DNA of 64,000 bases from Eledone cirrhosa (GCA_964016885.1 OZ024743.1:47058001-47122000), one strand, 5' to 3'. Shown: positions 38,801 to 49,940, counted from the stretch's first letter. Translations and numbers: made by a program. Notes: generated by a model from the sequence alone, not told the origin.

Positions 38801-39660
38801 AGTGTTAGTGTTCAGGTTAATGTTAGTTTTAGTGTAAGTGTTCAGGTTAGTGTTAGTGTTCAAGTTAATGTTAGTGTTAGTTTTAGTGTTAAGGTTAGTG
38901 TTAGAGATTGTGTTAGTGTTAGTATTTGTTTTGGTGTTAATATTCGTGTTAGTATCTCTGTTAGCATTAGTGTTTGATGTTTCCATTAGTGTTAGTGATT
39001 GTGTTAGCATTAGTCTTTGTTTTTGTGTTAATGTTAGCATTAGTATTTCTGTTAGTGTTAGCATTAATGTTTATGTTAGTGTTCAGGTTAATGTTAGCTT
39101 AGTTTTCAGGTTAGAGTTAGTGTTCAAGTTAATGTTAGTTTTAGTGTTCAGGTTAGTGTTAGAGATTGTGTTAGTGTTTGTTTTTGTGTTAATATTTGTG
39201 TTAGTATCTCTGTTAGCGTTAGTGTTTGTTTTAATGTTGAAGTTAATGTTAGCTTAGTTTTCTGGTTAGTATCAGTTTTCAGATTAGTGTTTGTGTTAGT
39301 GTTACTTTTAGTGTTAGTGCTCAGGTCAGTGTTAGTGTTTATGGTAGTGTTAGTTTTAGTGTAAGTGTTCAGGCTAATGTTTGTGCTAATGTTAGTTTTA
39401 GTGTAAGTGTTCAGATTAGTGTTAGTGTTTGTATTAGTGTTTACGGTAGTGTTAGTTTTAGTGCTGGTGTTCAGGTTAGTGTTAGTGTCAGTTTTAGTGT
39501 TAGTGTTCAGGTTAGTTTTCTATTTAATGTTAGTTTTCAGATTTTGTGTTTGTGTTAGTTTTCATGTTAGCGCTAAGTTCACTGTTAGAGCATGTGTGAG
39601 TGTAAGTGTTAGGGTAAGTGTTATTTTTAAAGTTCGGTTTTAGCTTAAAGTTAGGTTTTC
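35900..39660. repeat. degenerate hexamer tract (GTTACT, GTCAGC/GTTAGC, GTTAGT) with nested 24/48-bp repeats and longer duplicated blocks
   Basis: 6-bp periodicity throughout. The 48-bp unit gcatctatgtcagtgtttccgttagcttctacgtcagcgtttccgaca occurs ~6 times at 36490-36790. Confidence 0.9.
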
Positions 39661-39979
39661 TACTTTCCAGGAAAAAAGTTGATCCTCTCTAACTTGAGTT
39701 GTGTGATATAGTGTGGTAAAGTATAGTGTTTCATAGTCTTGTGTGGTGTTGTCTATTGTTGTATAGTGTAGTATTGTATATTGTTTCATAGCATGGTCTG
39801 ATGTGAGGTCGTACAGTGCTTCGTAGTGTGGTGTTGGATAATGTGGTATGGTATAATGTTTGTCAGTGTGGTGTGGTGTGGTATAGGTTGATGTAGTGTG
39901 GCTTAGTTTGAATATAATAATACAAATAATAATAACAATAATAATAGAAATAATAATTGTTCTTCTTGTTCATTTTCTT

Positions 39980-40122
39980 TGTCTTCTTCTGTGCCTTTGT
40001 TTTCTTCTGTGCCTTTGACTGCTTCTGTGCCTTTGACTTCTTCTGTGCCTTTGACTTCTTCTGTGCCTTTGACTTCTTCTGTGCCTTTGACTTCTTCTCT
40101 GCCTTTGACTTCTCCTCTGCCA
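39980..40122. repeat. 18-bp minisatellite (EEVKGT on the minus strand), ~8 copies
   Basis: ttcttctgtgcctttgac repeated. Confidence 0.9.
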
Positions 40123-41003
40123 TCTAAATACCAAAAACAAAGAATGTAAAACATATATGTTGCCTATCTCTCAGACTTTACAAAGTGCTGAGGAGATAAA
40201 ATTAATTTAAAGAGCAGTGTGCTCATGCACTGTGATCCTATAATGTAGCTTATAAGCTATTTCATAACTAAAAAACAATGTCAAACATCAACAAAAGTAT
40301 ATACAAATATCTTTGAATGTTTAAGTTAAACCTAAATAGATCGTATCTACAGGTCATTAGGTTAAGACTGAACTAAGATCATATCTATAAATCATTAGGT
40401 TTAGACTGAACTGAGATCATACTTTCTTCTTCTTTTCGTCATCTTCGTTTCCCGTGTCTTCTTTGTCTTTGTTGTCATTTTCATTTTAGTCGTCTGCTTC
40501 ATCGTCTTTTTCTTCTTTTATATCTAAATATAAAAAAAAATTGTAAACAAATATATAGCTGATCTCTCAGACTTTCACGAAACACCGAGGAGATACAGTT
40601 AATATAAAGAGTGGGGAGCTCATATATATATATGGTATAGCATGGTGTTATGTGGTCTGGTGTGGTACAACATGGTGTGATGTGGTGTGGTATGATATGG
40701 TGGGGCGGGGGGGGGAGAACACAACGTTAGATTAATGTTAACAATACACAAGTAGCATCCACATGTGATGAGAAGGGGGAAACAGTGTTTAACTAATTTT
40801 AACATTACATGTAGCATCCATCTACAGGTGATTAAGTTAAGACTGAGGTGTAATCATATGAAAAGGTCAATTTAAAACTACACTGAGATTCTGCTTAAAA
40901 TGATGGTCAATGAAGTGTTTACTTACTCAGATCCTTTGAAATAACTTTCTTTCTCTTACTGTAACTGGACATACCTACGAAATAGAAAACAGTCGAATAG
41001 ACA

Positions 41004-41450
41004 GTGGTGTGGTGTGGTGTGGTGTAGTGTGGTGTGGTGTAGTGTAGTGGAGTGTGGTGTAGTGTAGTGGAGTGTGGTGTAGTGTAGTGGAGTGTAGTTT
41101 AGTGTATTGGACCGTGGTGTGGTGTAGTGGAGTGTGGTTTAGTGTAGTGGACAGTGGTGTAGTGTAGTGGAGTGTGGTTTAGTGTAGTGGACAGTGGTGT
41201 GGTGTAGTGTAGTGGAGTGTTGTTTAGTGTAGTGGACAGTGGTGTGGTGGGATGTAGTGTGGTAGCATGTGGTGTGATGGCATGTGATGTGATGAAATGT
41301 GATGTGATGTGATGAAATGTGATGTGATGTGATGCGAGGCAAGGCGAGGCTTTGCGAGGTGAGGCGAGGCTTTGCGAGGTGAGGCGAGGCGAGGCTTTGC
41401 GAGGCAAGACAAGATGAGACGAGACGGGACGAGACGAGATGAGATGAGAT
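41004..41450. repeat. compound pentanucleotide microsatellite
   Basis: (TGTGG/TGTAG)n, then (TGTGA)n, then (GAGGC)n, then (GAGAC/GAGAT)n. Confidence 0.9.
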
Positions 41451-41814
41451 GTGCTATCAACTAATCCAATCTCCAAGATGCTTGAAACTGACTTTTTCCC
41501 CCCAGAAAAACGGCGGGGTGAGGTGGTTCCCTCTTCACCCAGATAACCCCTGCTTACTCGGAATTTTCTCTTTGATTCTATTTTCATGCGTTATCAGTGA
41601 ATATGACTTCCAAACCAGTCAAAAACAACTAGCTTTGGAGAAAGAGGAGAGGGAGAGGGGAAGAGTTTTGCAGATCTACACCCCACTCACATGTTGTGGG
41701 ACTTAATCATTTTCGGTATATTTCCTGTGCTATTTCCTATGCTATTTCCTGTGCTATTTCCTGTGCTATTAATTAATCTGACCTCCTAGATGCTTCCAAT
41801 CAACTTATTTCCCT

Positions 41815-42150
41815 GGGTTAGGTTTAGGGTTTAGTTTTAGGGTTGGGGTAAAGTTTAGGGGTTGGGGTAATGTTTAGGGTCTAGTTTTAGGGTTGGGGTA
41901 AAGTTTAGGGTTTAGTTTTAGGGTTGGGGTAAAGTTTAGGGTTTAGTTTTAGGTTTGGGGTAAAGTTTAGAGTTTAGTTTTAGGCTTGGGGTAAAGTTTA
42001 GGGTTTAGTTTTAGGGTTGGGGTAATGTTTAGGGTTTAGTTTTATGGTTGGGGTATAGTTTAGGGTTTAGTTTAAGGGTTGGGGTAATGTTTATATTTAG
42101 ATTTAGCTTGGTTTGGTTTAGATTTAGAGTTTAGGGTTGGGGCTAGATTT
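41815..42150 (+). repeat. telomere-like 31-bp G-rich minisatellite
   Basis: gtttagggtttagttttagggttggggtaaa, ~9 copies. Confidence 0.9.
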
Positions 42151-42521
42151 AATTTTATGTTTTATTTAGTTTTAGTTTCCAAATCCCAGGAAAAAAAATT
42201 TATTCAGAGCAACTAAAAGGTCAGATTAGTTGATAGCATTCAAAAGGAGACCGAAGAAAAATCATTAGGGTATATATCTACAAAACGACAATGGTTTTTC
42301 CACCTGCTTTACTCCTCCTTTTTTCTAGAACAACTAATCATTTCCAACTGGTTTGGAGGTCATATTCGTTGATAACATACAAAAAATCTTAGAGAAAACT
42401 CTGGGGTTAAATGAGAGAAGTGCATCCACCTAAGTTTTCCAGGAAGAGAGAGTCAATAACAAACATCTTGTAGATCAGATTAGTTGATAACAGATGAAAA
42501 AAAGATGAGGAAAAAATTTGA

Positions 42522-42790
42522 GGTGTTATGTGGTGTGGAGTAGTGTGGTGTGTTGTAGTGATGAGTGGTGTGTTGTGTTGTGTTGTGTTGTGTTGTGTTG
42601 TGTTGTGTTGTGTTGTGTTGTGTTGTGTTGTGTTGTGGAGTGGTGTGTTGTGTTGTGGTGTTATGTGGTGTGGAGTAGTGTGGTGTAGTGTTGTATGTTT
42701 TTATGTGGTGTGGTGAAGTGTGGTGTGATGTGGTGCGGTGCACTGCGATGTGGTGTGGTGCAGTGCGGTGCAGTGTAGTGTTGTGCAGTG
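42522..42790. repeat. (TGTTG/TGTGG)n pentamer microsatellite
   Basis: Seen directly. Confidence 0.9.
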
Positions 42791-42987
42791 AGGTTCTTCA
42801 TCTTTATCTTTCTCTTCTTCATCTTTGTATTCATCTTCTTTGTTTTGTCTTCCATCTAAACAAAAAAAAATATATATATAAAACATATATGTCGCCAATC
42901 TCTCAGACTTTTACAAAGCTCCAGGGAGATAAATTTAATATAAGTGGTGTGTGGCTGAACAGAGATACTACAAAATAGCTTAAAAGC

Positions 42988-43053
<66 letters not shown>

Positions 43054-43334
43054 TACACGGGTGTGTATGATTGTGCATAGAAGATTATATTAATAAAAGG
43101 AATTCCAACTTTGTCTGATTTACTCGTTTTATTTACAATCCTTTAAAATTATAATGGTATTAGAATGAAATAGTATGGTAGAATATTAAGTGTTAAGTGT
43201 TAATTCGCAATCTTCAAGTTCATAGCTAAATGAACAATAATAATTCTTAGGGGTATAAAAACCCTAGAAAATTACTGGTACTTTATTTTATCGACCCCAT
43301 AAGGATGAAAGGCAAAGTTAACCTCGGCGGGTTA

Positions 43335-43600
43335 TAATAATAAACAAGACGGTATCATTTGCCCATCCCTATTTATTTTATTATGCGTATTTCATTTGTA
43401 TAACATCTGCCCTACGTGTTCTCATATCAACAGATATCAACGAATATCTCATATCAACGGATATTTACATCTTGCATGGATTTTTGTCGGAAGAAAACAC
43501 GTAGGGCAGATATTATACAAATGACATATGTCTTCGAAATAAGTATAATAAAATAAATAGGGATGAACACAAGTGATACCGTCTTTCTTCTTTATTATTA
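43335..43600. repeat. fold-back repeat related to the 46.5-kb Penelope-like tail
   Basis: Arms aagacggtatca..catccctatttattttattat..tttc and atttgtataacatctgccctacgtgtt are mirrored on the right. Confidence 0.75.
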
Positions 43601-43647
43601 TATATACACACACACATATATATATAATATGTTGAAAAGGTAACACA

Positions 43648-44528
43648 CTAAAGGCTTTATCTCACATAATATCGAGTCTGATATTTTGATATTATTTATT
43701 TTGAGAACAATACCTTAACATCAGTATGAGTAGCTAGTTATGGCCGGTCTGAACAGAAAGAGCTGAGAGAATTCTGGCCGGATACAGCCAGTTTAAATGC
43801 TAAAGGGTTAAATTATATTCCAAACATCAGCTTAATTATGAAAAAGTTAGTTAAATCACTCCAAATTCTTGATTATTTATAAAGATTATTTGAAACATAA
43901 ACAGTGTCTTCATTAGAAATATGGAAACAAAAGGGTTTATCTACCTAAAAATCTTCCACCATATTTTAAGAATCTTCGTTAAGTTATGTTCCAAATACCA
44001 GTTTAATTATGAGAAAGTTAGTTATATTACTAAAACACTCAAAAGTCTTCATAAATTTCGAAATTATTTGAAACTCATAAGCAGTAACTCTCCTGGTAAT
44101 GAAAGGATTTAACCTTTAGCATTTACATTACTCTATATATACTCTTGTATTTTTATCTAACATTATATCAAATCTATGAGATTTTGATATTATTTATTTT
44201 GAGAACAATACCTTAGCATAAATACAAGTGGCCAGTTGCAGCTGGTTTGAACAGAAAGAGGTGAGAGAATTCTGGACAGATATGGCCAGTTTAAATGCTA
44301 CAGGGTTAACCCTTTAGCATTTACATTACTCTATATTTACTATTATATTTTCATGGTAAAGGCTTTACCTCACATAATTATCTCACATAATATCGAATCT
44401 GAGATTTTGATATTATTTATGTTGAGAATAATACCTTAACATCAGTATGAGCAGCCGGCTACAGCCGGTTTGAACAGAAAAAGATGAGTGAATTCTGGTC
44501 AGATACAGCTGGTTTATATGCTAAAGGG
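43648..44528 (+). mobile_element. cluster of piggyBac-type MITEs (partial to 43807; 44113-44305; 44310-44528)
   Basis: TIRs CCCTTTAGCAT..ATGCTAAAGGG flanked by TTAA. Two copies share one TTAA at 44306-44309. Confidence 0.8.
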
Positions 44529-45010
44529 TTAAGTAAACTGTATTCCTCAATGTTTTATCAATAAAAAATGGAAGTATATTCGGTTCTAAATATAATTAGA
44601 GTGTGACTTTATTTCTGGAGAATTTATTTACAAATATTCAAGTTTCAAGGAATGGAATCTTGCCTAATTAATACATGAAACTTTTTTTTTCTTCAGATCT
44701 TTCAATTTTTCCAAATGTTTTGACATAGTTTTGGTATGATTTTACTGGCTTGATAAATGTTTGTATTGAATCATAACAATATAGTGTAGGTTGAGCTAGA
44801 TACCCTTTCTAATACCAATCAAAGTAGTTGGTACTAGAAAGAGTATCTAGCTATAGAAACCATGCCAAAACTGACAGGAATGTATATGAAATGTGTCCCC
44901 TGTTCTGTCTTAAAAAACAGTTGCTCTAATTAAGTATTTTTAACAGAGATAATTGGATGTAATATTATGGTTATGCCCTTCTTATCACCAACAGAAGTTT
45001 GGTGAAAAGA

Positions 45011-45307
45011 GATACAAATGATCTGGAAAAACTAGAGAAGCTTGTCATGGGGTCTGTAAAGTCTAACCACTGCTTTAATAAGGATGATACAAATGATCTG
45101 GGAAAACTAGAGAAGCTTGTCATGGGGTCCGTAAAGCTAACTTCTGCTTTAATAAGGACGATACAGTTGATCTTGGAAAACTAGAGAAGCTTGTCATGGG
45201 GTCCGTAAAGCTAACCATTGCTTTAATAAGGATGATACAGATGATCTTGGAAAACTAGAGAAGCTTGTCATGGGGTCAACAAAGCTAACCACTGCTTTAA
45301 TAAGGAC
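45011..45307. repeat. 74-75-bp minisatellite, 4 copies
   Basis: gatac..gaaaactagagaagcttgtcatggggtc at 45011, 45086, 45160 and 45234. Confidence 0.9.
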
Positions 45308-46479
45308 TATGTGCAGTGAACCAGTGGCCTCTGAGGGACGAGCTGCTAGAAAGGGCATCCCAAAACCACTCAGAGAAGTGTGCTCAACCAAACAGAGGGA
45401 TAGGAAAGACCGTTATAAGGAGCGAAATATCACGATAAATTAACGGAGCCATAGACCCTCGCCATTCCCTGTAAATAATGTGCTCAAAGGAGAAGAAATC
45501 CTGAGCTCTTTAAAATACAATATGTTGAAAAGGTAACACACTAGAGAGAGATACAGTGCGCTATCAATAAAACAAGGAAAAAACCACCAGTGTATGGAAT
45601 CTATAACTTATGAAAAGCAGACTATAAACACGATAATTAAAAATATAAATTAAAGCGTAAATAAATACCTTTATAACTATATAACACACGTATAAATCCA
45701 AAGAGATCTGTTTCGCCAGTAAGTTGTTGACAGAAATGGAATAACCCCAGTTCCTTAGCTTCAGACAACACTAAGAGAATTTTGGCGCTAAACTTTTCCT
45801 TTTAAAAGAAAAATGGCGCCAAACTTTTCCTTTTGAAAGAATAATGTGATTTGTCACGTGATTGTGTTCACGTGATATTACCTCAAAATATGTGAATACG
45901 TACACAGCATTCTTCTCACGAAGGGCGTCATTTGAGATTTTAACCCTCGGACTTTTCCCTCCCGGTTTTGAAATTTAGGGGTGACTGGGAGTATTACATA
46001 ATGTAGGGATTCTCTTTTCCTTTTCTATCATTTCTTATTTATGTATTTATATATTTATTTATCTACTCTCGTGATTGATATTCCGACAAATGTTAGGGGT
46101 ATATTTTGGTTTTTTATTATGTCAGGTATAGCATCCCAAAATTTCTCCCATCCCCCAATATATATATATATATATATAATTCTTTTAATTTATATATTAT
46201 CTTCCAACGGCTTTTTAACCTCTCTCTGTAAAACAATATATTTTTCTGTTATAAAAGCTATCTCTCTCTCTCTATCACCCATCTCTCCTCCTATCTCCTC
46301 CTTCCTTATTATACTCCTCCCCCTCCATGCTTTACTCTCATCTCCTCCTCTTTTTCATCCTTTCTACCCCCCCCCCATTTTTTTTTTAATATCACATATC
46401 AATCTTAAACTACTTTTCATATGTTGATTTAAAACTGCACTATTCACAAGTGTTTTTTAACCTTCATATCATGTCTCCC

Positions 46480-46550
46480 TATTTTATCTGACGAAAACGC
46501 AAATGTCATCGCATGATGATATTTGTTTTTGAAATGCGCATAATAAAATA
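46480..46550 (+). ncRNA. type I hammerhead ribozyme with palindromic minimal helix III (Penelope-type)
   Basis: Helix I tattttat/ataaaata; core CTGACGA at 46488-46494; 16-bp helix II with 1 mismatch and a gcat loop; then GAAA, palindrome TGCGCA and UH = TA. Confidence 0.75.
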
Positions 46551-46675
46551 CATGGAACTCTTTTAACCATCTTTTGATCTTATATTATTTATACTCCAGT
46601 CCTACAAACTGTAGAGTGCTACTTATCCGATATCTGCATTGCTTCATTGTACTACAATAAAACTCACCTCCTATG

Positions 46676-47260
46676 GCACTACAACGCTATTAGCTGTCAG
46701 TCGAAAGCAGCCGATGAAAGCAAAACATCGTTTATTTCCGTGTTACTACCACGCGTAAGTGGAGTTTTTTTTTAATTTTTTATTAAAACATATAGATGTG
46801 AATTTACTTAAATGAAAATATCACGCGTTTTTTTAATATATTTTTTTTTATTAAAGCATATCGATGGAAGTGGAGTTACTTAAATGAAAATATAGGTGGC
46901 CCTTAAAAGGGCCAAATTAGAAAACAAATTTAAGTGAATTAGAAAACAAGTCATGGTTATGAAATAAATTGGATTTAATCATTTATATTTTCATAGTCAT
47001 GGTTATCAATGTAGAAAACAAGGCATTTTCACCAACAGTGGAGTTACTTCTGACAGCTAATACCATGAACTATATTTTCATAGTCATGGTTATTAATGTA
47101 GAAAACAAGTCATTTTCACCAGCAGTGGAGTTAACTTAAATGAAAATATAGGTGGCCCTTAAAAGGGCCAAATTAGAAAACAAATTTATGGTTATCAAAT
47201 TTTTTTCACTAACCCTTTATGAAGAAATGTTTAGAAAACAAATTTTTTTCACCAACCTTA
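46676..47260 (+). mobile_element. GGCACTAC-TIR MITE copy with internal duplications
   Basis: Same left TIR and body as 8166-8565; partial right TIR ctgacagctaata at ~47050. Confidence 0.75.
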
Positions 47261-47380
47261 TTCAAAAGCATGGATACAGTCCCCATGGAGATTGATGGTA
47301 TCTGCTGTAGTAGCGGTAGCGATGGAAAGATCGCGATGGTTAATTCCATTAACAATTTGGCCCTGAATTAACTGAATTAA

Positions 47381-47482
47381 AATTGTTTCTACTTTTGGCA
47401 CAAGGCCAGCAATTACCAAGTGCATTACTGGTACTTTATTTTATCGACTCCATAGAGTAAAATAAAGTACCAGTAATGCACT
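47381..47482 (-). mobile_element. SINE family A 3' fragment ending in a fold-back
   Basis: Perfect 25-bp inverted repeat, 47419-47443 and 47458-47482. Confidence 0.8.
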
Positions 47483-47494
47483 GATATAATTAGC

Positions 47495-47810
47495 ATTACA
47501 TCTCACTCTGAATTTCTCCTGCCTCCAGCCCGGTCTCATCTTCAAGAACATCCTTCAATGTGATAGTTGGTCTCCCAACTCGTCTGCATGCACACATTAG
47601 ATTTCCAGAAAAGAACTTTGCTAGCAGGTTCATTGTAACGTTTCGTATGTCCAGCTAATGCGAGCCTTCCATGCCTTAAGATGTCAGAAAGGCGAAGGTA
47701 TGAGCCGTAGAGCGATTTATTTTCTATTTGTTTTCCAGAATACGTTCTGGACCTTTCTCAGCATTCGCGTGAATGTGCCATTAATCCTCTTTGTGAGTGT
47801 TTTTGTAAAT
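47495..47810 (-). mobile_element. RTEX-like LINE C-terminal remnant
   Basis: RINGTFTRMLRKVQNVFWK..LYG..RLALAGH read across broken frames. Confidence 0.65.
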
Positions 47811-48358
47811 AACCATTTTTTTTCTATGTGAAATATTTATGTAATTAAACAATAGAGATATTGTATGTATGTGTTGAATTCCGAGGACCCAGTTTTACTG
47901 TTATAAAGATAAAATCGAAATAAATGTATCTTTGCTCCTTATGAAGAAGGTAGCAAGAGAAACATTCTTGTGGCTTTGTGAAAATGTGAGAGGCGAACTC
48001 TTACTGGAAAACAAATATCTAATAAAACCTGAATATTTTCACCACAAATGGTCTGTACCTGCTATTTCAAAGCCTTGCCACACTCTATATTACGACGAAT
48101 TTCTCTGTGAATTATATTAAAGGTACTCGTGTGTATGGAGTGCTCAGCCACTTGCACGTTAACCTAACGAACAGTCCGTTCCATTGATCAAACACCTGGA
48201 ACATTCACTGTTGAACCTGATAGAGATCTGTTGACTCATTCATTTCAAATTCTAGCTTTAGATAATATTTTCTATGCTTATTTGCAGATAGGGCTCAAAC
48301 TGATTTTATAAATTTCCTTAAACACGAAACTCCTTGACTTCGACTCAATAGTATATAG

Positions 48359-48636
48359 CAGGCATGGGCAACCTTTTTCGAGAAGCGGGCCGCAAGCGCT
48401 AATTTACATTCGTGCCCGCATTAAAAAAAAAGTTGGTAACTCAGGTTGTTTTGATTTGTTTCTTCAGGATTCGTACACGTTGTTTTCCTAGATCGTAAAA
48501 ATGATAGAAAGATAAATTACGACTGAAAAGTTGGGGTAAAAAAATCAGAAAGATTTCACTTCGGTGACTTAGGCGAGCCATTCAGAAAGCTTCACGGGCC
48601 GTATGCGGCCCGTGGGCCACAGGTTGTCCATTATTG
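48359..48636. mobile_element. hAT-type MITE upstream of EMC2
   Basis: TIRs CAGGCATGGGCAACCT and AGGTTGTCCATTATTG; GCGGGCCG/GCGGCCC subterminal motifs; 8-bp TSD gtatatag/gtatagag. Confidence 0.8.
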
Positions 48637-48998
48637 GTATAGAGTCACAGCTATAATAAAATATTAATCACTCTACCCGTATTGAATTTTGTTTCTACAA
48701 CCTAACGTAGATATTTTCGTAATCTTTGCTTGATGTTTACAGCTATAGGTAAAAAGTACATCGTTACTAGTTTTGTGGCTGTTTAATTAAATACACAATA
48801 TCATCATTTTTCCTATGTATTATATAGTCCAAATTCAGTTAGTATGCCTCATTTTATATTTCCATGATTTGAAGTTCACGTCTAATATTATTAAAATGTG
48901 AATATCTATTTAAAGGCAATTTGCTTTTTGAAGTTACCGATTTCGTTTTTGTGTTACGTTTCGTGTTTTGTACAAACTCTTTACTTTTTTTTAACATC

Positions 48999-49032
48999 AT
49001 GGCCGAGCAGTTAAATTTATCAAATTTCGAAG
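48999..49032 (+). CDS. EMC2: ER membrane protein complex subunit 2 (TTC35), coding exon 1
   Basis: acatcATGG start; MAEQLNLSNFE+G; donor G|gtaaat. Phase 1 fits exon 2. Confidence 0.7.
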
Positions 49033-49282
49033 GTAAATAATGTTAATGAACATGTTGTGATTTTTATTTATTTAATCTTCCATAAATGATGAATTATTCT
49101 TTGTTATATATCTGTATAGTACTTTTAGTTTCAATTCACGATCATAGACAGATAAACACAGAACGTTGTTCCAGATGTAACACCGGGATTATTAAACATT
49201 TAGATAACAGTTTTTTCTTCTGCTTATTCCATCTTATTGTATTACTGTATATTGATAATTACACAAAATATCTATTTTGTCG

Positions 49283-49330
<48 letters not shown>

Positions 49331-49743
49331 AGTGAGAAACACGTTTTATTGAAAATACCGTTTAGTTCATTTTTCGGCAGATGGTATAATGCAAACGAAA
49401 TATCCCTTTTTTTCTCATTTAGAATTACATCTGCCGATTTATTTGGATCTTATTCTCCTTAGATCTTTTAATTATATTTTTACGATTAATTTGTAGTGGC
49501 TGATGAACTTTTTGTGCACATATTATCTTTATGTACCACCATATTAACCACATTTCGTAATAATCTTATTTCTGATGTTGAAAAGCATTAGAAATACTCC
49601 CCTCCCTTAAAGAAATACATTTAGAGCTGTCTTATATTTTTAAACATGTGAAATAAAGGAATATAAAACGAATTTTTAAAAAATGAAAGGAAATCAAAGT
49701 TCACTTTTACTTCAATAAATCGATCTTATATTCTTCCAAATCG

Positions 49744-49744
<1 letters not shown>

Positions 49745-49803
<59 letters not shown>

Positions 49804-49940
49804 GAAAATATATATATATATATATATAAATGAAAATATATATATATATATAAATGAAAATATATATATATATATATATATAAATGAAAATATATATATA
49901 TATATATATATATAAATGAAAATATATATATATATATATG
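49745..49940. repeat. (TA)n compound microsatellite punctuated by aatgaaa
   Basis: Seen directly. Confidence 0.9.

Noticed and set aside
37990-39650. Val/Leu-rich or Thr/Asn-rich ORFs
   Set aside because: These are translations of (GTTAGT)n, open in several frames on both strands.
41099-42978. His/Thr-rich and Cys/Val-rich ORFs
   Set aside because: These are pentamer microsatellite translations.
44999-45184. Repeat-peptide ORF (DTNDLEKLEKLVMGSVK)
   Set aside because: Unit length is 74-75 bp, so the frame is not preserved.
45700-45770. Possible minus-strand hammerhead (CTGAAGC..CGAAA-cagatct)
   Set aside because: Core mismatch at A9 and no clear helix I or II; at most a decayed remnant.
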